Positions 8,316 to 16,429 of a stretch of DNA of 64,000 bases are shown in pieces. Origin of the DNA: an uncultured Azospirillaceae bacterium (GTDB lineage: Bacteria > Pseudomonadota > Alphaproteobacteria > Rickettsiales > UBA3002); contig CAZMBI010000008.1 of assembly GCA_964564675.1 (NCBI GenBank), positions 23,988-87,987 of the forward strand, in the 5' to 3' direction. Within the stretch, counting starts at the first letter, position 1. Every line of letters starts with the position of its first letter. A program made the translations under genes and the position numbers. The notes below the pieces were generated by a model. The model was not told where the DNA came from. It did no database searches and saw only the letters and a list, made by a program, of their open reading frames with translations.

Positions 8316-8660
8316 CTACCTGCTTCCGCCGGCATCGGCAAAAAACTGCTCGGCCCAGCGTTCCTCGGCAAAATCAATATCGATCAGCAGGGCCTCCTCG
8401 GTGATCCGCTTGGGTGTTTCGGGCGGTGAGGTGACCATGCCGATCATGATGAACACCCCGACCATTGCCGCCATAATCACATAGCGCATGGCCGGGATAT
8501 ACACCCAGGCGCGCAACTGGCGCAGGGCGGCGACCCAGCGCCACAGGCGGCGGGGGTTGTCACGGGCGGCGGCCTGAATGCGCATCACCGCATCCGGCGA
8601 GGCGCGCGGCACGCGCAGCGTACGCAGAATCGACCGCAATTCGTCATGTTGTTCAGGCAT
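8316..8660 (-). CDS. Putative single-pass anti-sigma factor
   Basis: Overlaps the ECF sigma gene stop by 8 nt. One TM segment (YVIMAAMVGVFIMIGMV) sits between a short cytoplasmic and a short periplasmic part. Confidence 0.6.
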   Translation of the reverse strand: MPEQHDELRSILRTLRVPRASPDAVMRIQAAARDNPRRLWRWVAALRQLRAWVYIPAMRYVIMAAMVGVFIMIGMVTSPPETPKRITEEALLIDIDFAEERWAEQFFADAGGSR

Positions 8661-9204
8661 ACTGCGTCATCCTTTCCCGCAGGCCGGCTTTCGCGCGCGA
8701 CAGCAGCGATTCCAGAGCCTTCACCGAAATGCCCATCATTTTTGCAATCTGTTTTTGCGGCAGGTCTTCAAAATAAAACAGATTCACCGCAATACGCTGA
8801 TTATCGGGCAGCAAACACAGCGCATCGCGCAGGGCACGTTGGGCCTGTTGTTCCATTTCGTCCTGCTCGGCGGAGCGTTCGCCGCTTGGAATATCGTCCA
8901 CCAGTTCGGCGCTGGCGCGTTTGCGCGCGCGCAGGCAATCCATCGCCTGATTATACAAAATCCGGTAAAACCAGGTGACGAAGCGCGCCTTGCGGTTACC
9001 CTTCCAGCGCGCCTTACCGGACCATAATTTCATAAACGCGTCCTGCACGATATCTTCCGCATCCTGCTGGTTCATCACCCAGCGATAGACCATCACGTAA
9101 AACCGCCGGTGGTGACGCGCCACCAGCGTATCAAAGGCGGTTTGGTTGCCGCCGCGGATGAAATCCATCAGGCTTTCATCGGGCATCTCGCTGAAACGGA
9201 ACAA
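8653..9204 (-). CDS. ECF-type RNA polymerase sigma-70 family factor
   Basis: Region 2 (DAEDIVQDAFMKLW, FVTWFYRILYNQAMD) and region 4 (RIAVNLFYFEDLPQKQIAKMMGISVKALESLLSRAK). TTG start with the SD AAGGAGA 8 nt upstream. Confidence 0.9.
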   Translation of the reverse strand: MFRFSEMPDESLMDFIRGGNQTAFDTLVARHHRRFYVMVYRWVMNQQDAEDIVQDAFMKLWSGKARWKGNRKARFVTWFYRILYNQAMDCLRARKRASAELVDDIPSGERSAEQDEMEQQAQRALRDALCLLPDNQRIAVNLFYFEDLPQKQIAKMMGISVKALESLLSRAKAGLRERMTQYA

Positions 9205-9234
9205 GCCGCCTGTCTCCTTATCCGGTCATAACGC

Positions 9235-9262
9235 TAACGCATGTCGCACTCACGACGTTACC
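9235..9262 (-). promoter_or_regulatory. Candidate ECF-type autoregulated promoter (GTAAC-N17-CGTT)
   Basis: The minus strand reads GGTAACGTCGTGAGTGCGACATGCGTTAG about 30-60 nt upstream of the sigma gene start. Pattern match only. Confidence 0.25.
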
Positions 9263-9381
9263 ATCGCCATAGGGGCTTGCAGCGAAGAAAAATCAGTAGA
9301 TTTTTCTGATGGCCGCGGTGCGCTGATCGCCAGGCTTCGGATCCCCGCGTGACAATACCTCCACAGGTTTGCTCCCGCCAT

Positions 9382-9729
9382 TTATTCCCCGTCGCCGCGA
9401 CGTTCCTGCCGGCGTTCGGCTTTTCGCTGCATGCGGCGCTCGACATGTTCGATTTTTTCCTGATCCGACATGTTCTCCCAGCGCTCTTCCAGATATTTCA
9501 TCCGCTCCGCCCGGCGTTTTTCAATAAGTTCAACCTTTTCCGCATTGCTCATCGATTCCCACTGAGCCCTGCGGTCCTGCAGAAACTCGCGGCGTTCCTC
9601 TGGCGACATGGCCTCGATTTTGGCGCGTCGTTCCTCCGGGCTGAGGTTGTCGAGATTATCCTGCGCATAAGCTGCAGGGGTGGCGGCCAGCAGGCCAGCC
9701 AGCGCGGCGGTAAGCATCCTGTGTGTCAT
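9382..9729 (-). CDS. Secreted helical repeat protein (DUF3106/Spy-CpxP-like), first gene of the ECF module
   Basis: Start at MTHRML (9729) with the SD AGGAGG. Signal peptide LTAALAGLLAATPAAYA. Repeated (L/M)S-x-EE(R/K) motifs (LSPEERR, MSPEERR, MSNAEK, MSDQEK). Confidence 0.7.
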   Translation of the reverse strand: MTHRMLTAALAGLLAATPAAYAQDNLDNLSPEERRAKIEAMSPEERREFLQDRRAQWESMSNAEKVELIEKRRAERMKYLEERWENMSDQEKIEHVERRMQRKAERRQERRGDGE

Positions 9730-9848
9730 GGGGTCCTCCTGTATTGTCTGACTATTATCATACGCCGGTAACCGTGCAACCCTTCGCCATTTACTTATGC
9801 CCGTTTTACACCTATAAATCCATGAGAAACAACCAGTAAAAGAATAGG

Positions 9849-10928
9849 ATGGGACGGATCTGTCCAGTGATATTGTGCGGCGGACCTGGTCGGCGCCTGT
9901 GGCCGCTGGTCGATACGCACACCCCCAAGCCGGTATTGACGGTTGGCGGGCGCAGCCTGCTGTCACACACCATCCGCCGCGTGGCCGATAGCGGACATTA
10001 CGCCCCGCCGCTGATTGTCACCTCGGCGGACAGTGTCGGCGCCATTGCCCGCGAATTAACCGCTATCGGATGCGCCGATCTGCCCGTACTGATCGAGCCG
10101 GCCCCGCGTGATACGGCGGCGGCCATTCTGTCTGCCGCGCTGTATCTCCGCCAGACGCAGCCGGATGCGACGTTGCTTGTCCTGCCGGCCGATCATGCCA
10201 TAAACGAGGAGGCGGCCTTTCATGCTGCGATGCAGCAAAGTATCGCTGCGGCGGCGGCGGGTTTTCTGGTATGTTTCGGTATCACGCCGCATTCTCCGGA
10301 AACCGCCTATGGCTATATCCGCCCGGGCGCGGCCTGCGATGCGCATGCCCGTCATGTGCAGGCCTTCGTGGAAAAACCGGATGCTGCCAGCGCCGCGGCG
10401 TACCTGGCCGAGGGCTATCTCTGGAACAGCGGCATGTTTGTATTTTCCGTCGAACGCATCATCGAGGAGGCCGAAATCCACGCTGTGGCCACGCTGGCCG
10501 CCTGCGAACAGGCAATCGCCCACAGCTGGCGCGAGGGGGTGCGCACCTATCTGGGCCGCGCGCTGAACCACGCGCCGCGTCAGCCGATTGACCGCGCCAT
10601 TATGGAGCGCACATCACATGCGGCAGTGGTGCCGCTGGCGTGCGCATGGTCCGATCTGGGCAGCTATGCCAGCCTGTGGCGCGCCGCGGCGAAAGACGAG
10701 GCCGGCAACGCGTTCAACGGCCGCGTTCGCGCTCGGCACGCGCAGCATAATTTCGTCGATGTGCCGCAGCAGGAAACCCTTCTGCTCGGCGTGTCGGATC
10801 TGGTGGTGGTGCAGCGCAACGAGAGGTTACTGATTGCGCATAAGGACCAGCTGGATGGCCTTAAGCAGCTGGCAGACAGCAGCGAGGCGGCCGCTGTGAT
10901 GTCCCATGCAACGGAATCATCCGGCTGA
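9849..10928 (+). CDS. manC: Mannose-1-phosphate guanylyltransferase (no C-terminal PMI cupin domain)
   Basis: N-terminus CPVILCGGPGRRLWPL. Motifs LVLPADH, GITPHSPETAYGYI, YLWNSGMFVF, WSDLGSY. Confidence 0.85.
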   Translation: MGRICPVILCGGPGRRLWPLVDTHTPKPVLTVGGRSLLSHTIRRVADSGHYAPPLIVTSADSVGAIARELTAIGCADLPVLIEPAPRDTAAAILSAALYLRQTQPDATLLVLPADHAINEEAAFHAAMQQSIAAAAAGFLVCFGITPHSPETAYGYIRPGAACDAHARHVQAFVEKPDAASAAAYLAEGYLWNSGMFVFSVERIIEEAEIHAVATLAACEQAIAHSWREGVRTYLGRALNHAPRQPIDRAIMERTSHAAVVPLACAWSDLGSYASLWRAAAKDEAGNAFNGRVRARHAQHNFVDVPQQETLLLGVSDLVVVQRNERLLIAHKDQLDGLKQLADSSEAAAVMSHATESSG

Positions 10929-10956
10929 CCGCCTCGCGTGCGCTCGCCCCTTATCC

Positions 10957-13797
10957 TCAGATGAGGGCCTCCTCCACGATTTCCACGTTGCGGAACCAGC
11001 TGTCGGCCTGCGCCGTGGCGTCGTCGTCATTGATGAAGGTGAGATACTGCATCGCGCTGCCCACATCGTAGAAATCGGCCAGCTGCAGTTCATAGGCCTG
11101 CCAGTCACCGCCGCCGCTGTAGGCTTCAATATCCTGGCCGTAATCCTGCGTGCCGGCCAGCTGGATGAAGGACTGCGCATCATAATGATGGTCGTTCTCC
11201 AGCCCGATACCATGGATTTCGCCCACCGAATCGGATTTGAACTCGAAACGCAGCACCGTATCCTCGGTGACGGTGACCTGTTCGTTGGCCTTTTTCCAGG
11301 TGTTGCCGCTCAAATGTAGCGTGCCCTCATCGACGATGGCATAACCCCCGGGCTGATGGTCCTGATCGCTGTAGCCGGTGACAATCGCCTCGGCGAAATT
11401 GAACGTATCGCTGTCTTCGAGCACCGTTTCATCCTGCACCAGTTCTATGTTACGGAACCAGCTGTCGGCCTGAGCGCTGGCGTCGTCATCATTGATAAAG
11501 GTGAGAAACGCCATTTCCTCGCCGATATCGTAGAAATCGGCCAGGCGCAGCTCGTAAGACTGCCAGTCGCCGCCGCCGTTATATTGCGGGCCGGTAATGG
11601 CATAATCCTGCGTGCCGGCCAGCTGGACGAAGGCGGTCGGTGAATAGCGATCATCGGCGCTTAATCCGATCCCGTGAATCTCCGCTTCCGATTCCGTTTT
11701 GAAATCAAAGCGCAATACGGTATCGGCTTCAACCGTGACCGACTCGGCGAACTTCTTCCAGCCATTGCCGTTTAAATGCAGCATGTGCGCATCGGGCATG
11801 GCATAGCCGTCGGGCTGATGATCCTGATCGCTGTAGGAGGTCATCTCGGCTGCCATAAAATCAAACAGTTCGCTTGTGACCACCGCCGGCTCGTCGACTG
11901 GATCGCTGCCGCCGACCGTGTCTTCGCCGGTGAGGGTATCGTCGCCGGGCACGCTGTCATCGCCGGTGAGCGTGTCGTCACCGCCAACGGTATCGTCAGC
12001 GGAGCCGCCGCCCGTTGTATCGTCGGCCGGCTGGCCGGGTTCATACAGTCGGACATTGCGGAACCAGCTATCCCCGGCGGCGGCGGCATCATCATCATTA
12101 ATAAAAGTCAGATAATTCATGGTTTTACCGACATCAAACACATCGGACAGCTTGATGTCGTATTGCTGCCAATCGCCGTCTCCTTCATAGCTTAGCTGCG
12201 TATCGGCAAAGTCCTGCGTGCCGTGCAGCTGGATGAAGGTATAGCGTGCATGCCCGTTATCGTGGTGCAGGCCGATGCCGTGGACCTCGCCTTCGACATC
12301 GGATTTGAAATCGAAGGAAAGCATGGTGTCTTCGCCGATCACCTGCTTGTTATACAGTTTCTTCCAGGTATTGCCTTCCAGTTGCAGGGTGCTGTTGTCG
12401 TCATGGGTTTGCACCACCTGCGGGTCCAGATCCTGGTCGGAATACGATGTCAGGGCGTTTTCGTATAACGGCACGTAATCCGGCTCGTTATCGAATGCGC
12501 TTTCATCGACATCCATGACCACCGGCGCATTCGCCGGCGCGGCTACCGAATCGGAAAAGATGAACTGCTCGGGCGAGAGCTCGCTGATTTGAAGATTTTT
12601 GAGCAGCGCCGCCTGGTCTTCATCCAGCCGGAACAGGATATCATCGCCCACCTGCGTCATGAAGGGCAACACATCCTCGAAATGCGTGAAGTGAAAGCCG
12701 TACAGCTTGATCTTGTCGTGATTGCCCGGCTCATTGGTCAGATCGAGGATCACGTCGTTGCCGTCGCCGTCGCGCAGTACGAAATGATCCGCCCCGGCGC
12801 CGCCTTTGAGCACGTCATTGCCGCCGCGGCCGTCCAGATTATTGTACTTGCCTTCGGCGCCCTCTAGGTAATTATCGAGATCGTTGCCATTGAGATGATG
12901 CGCCCACGTGCCATACATTTTACCGCCGACACTGGTGTCCCACATGGTGTTGGCAAACTGCCAGGCCTGATAATGCTGCGTGCCGTCGCCCAGCACGTCG
13001 GCGCGCAGGGTCGAGAAGCTGTTCATATCAATGGGCTGCCAGTCGGTGGGCATGCCTACCACGTCATGGTCCACCTGTTGCTGATAGACGCGGATGTAAT
13101 CGATTTCCATTTCCGCCGGGAAAATGGACGGATCCTCCGGCGTGCGCGCCCAGCCGCCAAGCGCCAGGTTAGCGATGACGTGCATGCTGTGATCGAAAAT
13201 ATAATTATCGACCTCATACACTTTCACGCCGTCGACATACCAGGTGATGGTGTCTTCCTGCCAGTCCATGCCGTAGGTGTGAAACCCGTCGGACGTGTCG
13301 ATCAGCGTGTTACTGTGGGTTTGCAGCGTGTTGTGCCAGTTGGCGTCGCGCCCGTGGGCCGAGGTATGCACGCGGTCCGGCTCATGGCCGAGCACTTCCA
13401 CCACATCCAGCTCCGAGGGCCAGTCGCCGTCGGACTGCAGCAGCCAGAAGGCGGGCCAGGCGCCCTGTCCGGCGGGCATTTTGGCGCTCATTTCGAAATA
13501 GCCGTACTGCACGGCGAACATTTCCTCCGAGGTGATCAGGCCGGAGGTGTATTGTTTGCCGTCGAGTTCGCCGCCGGGGGCGTGATCGGCGGTGATGGTC
13601 AGCACGCCGTCATCGATGGAAAACGGATTCAGGCCCAGGCCCTTATAATCCGGATCGACATAGATCTGGTCCTCGTTATTCAAATAGCGGTCGCCGTAAT
13701 GATATTCGGTGTTCCATCCCTGGTTGCCGCTTTTAGTGGTTACGTTGAGATCGTTGAATTCGTCTTCGAACAATACATCATAATTACCGAGCTGCAT
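10957..13797 (-). CDS. Large secreted glycoside hydrolase family 16 protein with an RTX-like Ca-binding segment and three C-terminal tandem beta-sandwich-like domains (probable T1SS substrate)
   Basis: GH16 motifs GAWPAFWLL and the catalytic-type ELDVVE (aa 129-134), plus GGW...EIDYIRVY. RTX-like segment LDGRGGNDVLKGGAGADHFVLRDGDGNDVI. No N-terminal signal peptide. Three ~143-aa repeats and an acidic DDT-rich linker. Confidence 0.9.
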   Translation of the reverse strand: MQLGNYDVLFEDEFNDLNVTTKSGNQGWNTEYHYGDRYLNNEDQIYVDPDYKGLGLNPFSIDDGVLTITADHAPGGELDGKQYTSGLITSEEMFAVQYGYFEMSAKMPAGQGAWPAFWLLQSDGDWPSELDVVEVLGHEPDRVHTSAHGRDANWHNTLQTHSNTLIDTSDGFHTYGMDWQEDTITWYVDGVKVYEVDNYIFDHSMHVIANLALGGWARTPEDPSIFPAEMEIDYIRVYQQQVDHDVVGMPTDWQPIDMNSFSTLRADVLGDGTQHYQAWQFANTMWDTSVGGKMYGTWAHHLNGNDLDNYLEGAEGKYNNLDGRGGNDVLKGGAGADHFVLRDGDGNDVILDLTNEPGNHDKIKLYGFHFTHFEDVLPFMTQVGDDILFRLDEDQAALLKNLQISELSPEQFIFSDSVAAPANAPVVMDVDESAFDNEPDYVPLYENALTSYSDQDLDPQVVQTHDDNSTLQLEGNTWKKLYNKQVIGEDTMLSFDFKSDVEGEVHGIGLHHDNGHARYTFIQLHGTQDFADTQLSYEGDGDWQQYDIKLSDVFDVGKTMNYLTFINDDDAAAAGDSWFRNVRLYEPGQPADDTTGGGSADDTVGGDDTLTGDDSVPGDDTLTGEDTVGGSDPVDEPAVVTSELFDFMAAEMTSYSDQDHQPDGYAMPDAHMLHLNGNGWKKFAESVTVEADTVLRFDFKTESEAEIHGIGLSADDRYSPTAFVQLAGTQDYAITGPQYNGGGDWQSYELRLADFYDIGEEMAFLTFINDDDASAQADSWFRNIELVQDETVLEDSDTFNFAEAIVTGYSDQDHQPGGYAIVDEGTLHLSGNTWKKANEQVTVTEDTVLRFEFKSDSVGEIHGIGLENDHHYDAQSFIQLAGTQDYGQDIEAYSGGGDWQAYELQLADFYDVGSAMQYLTFINDDDATAQADSWFRNVEIVEEALI
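10975..12471 (-). repeat. Three tandem coding repeats (~430 nt each): R1 12043-12471, R2 11440-11868, R3 10975-11406. An imperfect DDT(L/V)(T/G)G micro-repeat linker lies at 11869-12042.
   Basis: Each copy reads ..(T/G)SYSDQD..L.L.GN.WKK....V..DT.L.F.FK...GE(I/V)HGIGL......F(I/V)QL.GTQD(Y/F)......Y.G.GDWQ.Y...L.D.(F/Y)D(V/I)G..M.(Y/F)LTFINDDDA.A..DSWFRN(V/I). Antisense ORFs 10906..11319 and 11356..11643 mirror the same repeat. Confidence 0.85.
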
Positions 13798-14088
13798 GGT
13801 TTTCTCCCTGTATGAATGGTGTCATTGTGTGGAGCCGACACCGAACCTCATTGGGTTTACGTGTAGGATAAGAAAGACGGGTTAAAAAAAGATGTATAAT
13901 TACGCGAGTCTGATTCAAATTTAGACAGAATGCTGACGGAGTTATCGCGGTGTGCGCGATAAAAGATTAACGCGGGCGTGAAAAATTAACACATCGAAAG
14001 CGCGCGATCGGAACAAAGAAAACAGGTGCGCGCGCAGGTCTCAGCGCGCCATGTCGGGTGATGTTTGAGAGATGAATCAGGCGCCGGT

Positions 14089-15000
14089 TTATAATCCGAG
14101 CGGTTGCCAGCGACGGGGTGGAATGTCGAGCTCATCCGTTAACATATTTGGGCCCAACGCTCCGGGGTGCGGGCTGCGGTTAAGCGGCAGCGCCGGCGGT
14201 GCTTTTAATTGTTGGGTGCGTTCATCGACTTCGATGGTGGTTTTTTCCACGCGCTGCGGGTGGCCCGCGGGCAGTTTATGGCCAACGCCCCACAGATCGA
14301 GCCATTTGCGTTGAATCCGGATATTGCAAAAGCCGGCATCGGCAAATTGTTTGGCGAGCGTCTGCGCGGTGAACGCGGTTTTATGCGCCATAAAATAATT
14401 CCCGCGGGAAATGGAGGCGCGGAAACCGTACATAATGTCAATCGGCGAAATCGGCCCGGCGGGAGAATCATAGACCGGGTCGTCGAGCTGGCCGTTGGCG
14501 ACATAGGTGGCTACCGACTGGATATCGGGCATGGTCACTAAAAACAGCCCGCCCGGCTTCAGGATACGAAACAGCGACTGAAAGACGCCTGCCACCTGAT
14601 GGGCATGCAAATGTTCGATATTATGCGATGACCAGACGGCATCGACCGCGGCATCGGGAATCATCGACAAATCGGTCATATCGGCGACGATATCGGGCTC
14701 AACCTTGGGGTCGATATCGAGGCGTATTTCATGCCATTCCTCGCCGTGGAAAGACTGGTGCAACTTGGCCTTGTTCGCCGCGCCGCAGCCGATATGCAGC
14801 ACCCGTTTTTTGTCGCCGGCAGCTTTGGCAATTTTTGCAAAGTCGGCTTTGGTGGACCATTTCCCCGCACCGGCGGGCGCTTTCACCGCGGGTTTTTTGG
14901 CGGTGGTGTCTCCGGTTTTTTTCGCGCTCGCGGTTTGCGCCGCGGCTTTCTTTTTAGCCGGGGCCTTGCCGGCTTTTTTCGTGGTGGTGGTTTTTTTCAT
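14089..15000 (-). CDS. Class I SAM-dependent methyltransferase with a ~45-aa Lys/Ala/Thr-rich N-terminal tail
   Basis: SAM motif VLHIGCG, plus DAVWSSHNIEHL and LKPGGLFLVTMPD. The N-terminus is MKKTTTTKKAGKAPAKKKAAAQTASAKKTGDTTAKKPAVKAP. ATGA overlap with the upstream GT4 gene. Confidence 0.85.
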   Translation of the reverse strand: MKKTTTTKKAGKAPAKKKAAAQTASAKKTGDTTAKKPAVKAPAGAGKWSTKADFAKIAKAAGDKKRVLHIGCGAANKAKLHQSFHGEEWHEIRLDIDPKVEPDIVADMTDLSMIPDAAVDAVWSSHNIEHLHAHQVAGVFQSLFRILKPGGLFLVTMPDIQSVATYVANGQLDDPVYDSPAGPISPIDIMYGFRASISRGNYFMAHKTAFTAQTLAKQFADAGFCNIRIQRKWLDLWGVGHKLPAGHPQRVEKTTIEVDERTQQLKAPPALPLNRSPHPGALGPNMLTDELDIPPRRWQPLGL

Positions 15001-16277
15001 GCGGCCTCCCGGTTCCTGACCGTATACAGCGACTGAATCGCTTCCTGCGTTGGCGGCGGCAGTTTACGCGCCGCCACGTCGCGCACCAGCTGCATATGCA
15101 AAGGCAGCAGTTTCTTCAGGTCGTACTGGTCACACATCGACTGGCGGGCGGCATCGCGCACATGCTGCATGCGGGTGGGGTGATCTAGAATTTCGCTGAC
15201 CTGCGCGGCCACCGCTTCCGGCGAGAAGAAATCGACTAAAAAGCCGGTTTCGCCATGGGTGATCACTTCGCGTACCGGCTGGGTGTCGGAGCCGACTACG
15301 GCGCAGCCGATCGCCATCGCCTCCATGCACGACCAGGACAGCACAAACGGATAGGTCAGATAAATATGCGCCGCAGAGACCTGCAGGACACGCACCAGCT
15401 GCTCATACTGCACGGTGCCGACAAAATGGATGCGGTTTAAATCCAGATCGACTTCATCCATCAGCATTTTGCGATAGGTGGTGCCTTTCGGCGGCCGCCT
15501 GCCATAACTGACATCATCGGCACCAATGGCGATGATATGACAGTTGGGGCGTTCTTTCAGGATACGCTCGGCGGCGCGCATAAAGGTGGGAAAGCCACGA
15601 TACGGTTCAAAGTTGCGCGCGATGTAGGTGACGATTTCGTCACCTTTTTTCAGCGTTACGTTCTGGTTGACCTTTACGGTCATCTCTTCGGCGGGTTTAG
15701 CCACATCGCAATTGATGCCGTCATGAATCACCGAGATCTTCGACTGATACTCCGGCGGATGCAACGCATGCTGCCAGAAGGTGGGGCTTGTGCCCCAGTC
15801 GGCGCTAGTCAGGTTGAGCAGGTGATGCATGTTTTTGGTGCGCACGCGGGCGAGATCGTCCGGCTTGGGCATATCGGCTGGATCAAATCCCACATCCGCG
15901 CCCCGCGCGTGGTAATAAAACTCGAAAAACGATAAAAGCGGCGTATCGGGATAGACATCCTTGACATACAGCGCATCGCCCCAGCCCGGATGGGCGCAGA
16001 TAACATCGGGTACGAAGCCTTCTTCGTGTTTCAGCCGGTTCAGGCAGCGCCACACTTCCTGGCCCTGGATCACCGCCTGTTCGGCGTGCACCAGATAGCG
16101 GTGGCAATGCGGCGAGGGCTTGCGGTTGACTTCATATTGTATTTTGTGGACATTCGGCAGCGTGGCGGTCTTGTTCTTGGTGATAAAGACGACCTGATTG
16201 GCCGGGTCTTCGGCAAAAGCCGGGCACAGATATTTATACTGCCCTGGCATATTGGGATGCATGAAGAGGATTTTCAT
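14997..16277 (-). CDS. Glycosyltransferase family 4 (GT-B, group 1)
   Basis: MKILFMHPNMPGQYKYL N-terminus with the SD GGAG 3 nt upstream. C-terminal GT1 motifs (SYGRRPPKG.., FVLSWSCMEAMAIGCAVVGSDT.PVREVI..GETGFLVDF). The ORF is open to 16295. Confidence 0.8.
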   Translation of the reverse strand: MKILFMHPNMPGQYKYLCPAFAEDPANQVVFITKNKTATLPNVHKIQYEVNRKPSPHCHRYLVHAEQAVIQGQEVWRCLNRLKHEEGFVPDVICAHPGWGDALYVKDVYPDTPLLSFFEFYYHARGADVGFDPADMPKPDDLARVRTKNMHHLLNLTSADWGTSPTFWQHALHPPEYQSKISVIHDGINCDVAKPAEEMTVKVNQNVTLKKGDEIVTYIARNFEPYRGFPTFMRAAERILKERPNCHIIAIGADDVSYGRRPPKGTTYRKMLMDEVDLDLNRIHFVGTVQYEQLVRVLQVSAAHIYLTYPFVLSWSCMEAMAIGCAVVGSDTQPVREVITHGETGFLVDFFSPEAVAAQVSEILDHPTRMQHVRDAARQSMCDQYDLKKLLPLHMQLVRDVAARKLPPPTQEAIQSLYTVRNREAA

Positions 16278-16429
16278 GGCTCCGAAATTAATCATAAATC
16301 AGCGAAACGCAACGAAATACTGCGGCGACTCGGCAACAGCGAAAGGCAAACGCGCGCCGCCGGAGAAAATCCGCCAGGAACGGGCAAAAATTCAGCAACC
16401 GTTAACGATTTCATGCTATAACCGAACAT

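Noticed and set aside
9730-9966. N-terminal 79-aa extension of ORF 9382..9966
   Set aside because: The extension overlaps the manC start and has no coding bias. An AGGAGG-preceded ATG at 9729 starts a clean signal peptide.
10906-13815. Several long plus-strand ORFs (10906..11319, 11356..11643, 11776..12195, 12895..13815)
   Set aside because: All are antisense to the 946-aa GH16 gene. They repeat each other only because they mirror the coding tandem repeats.
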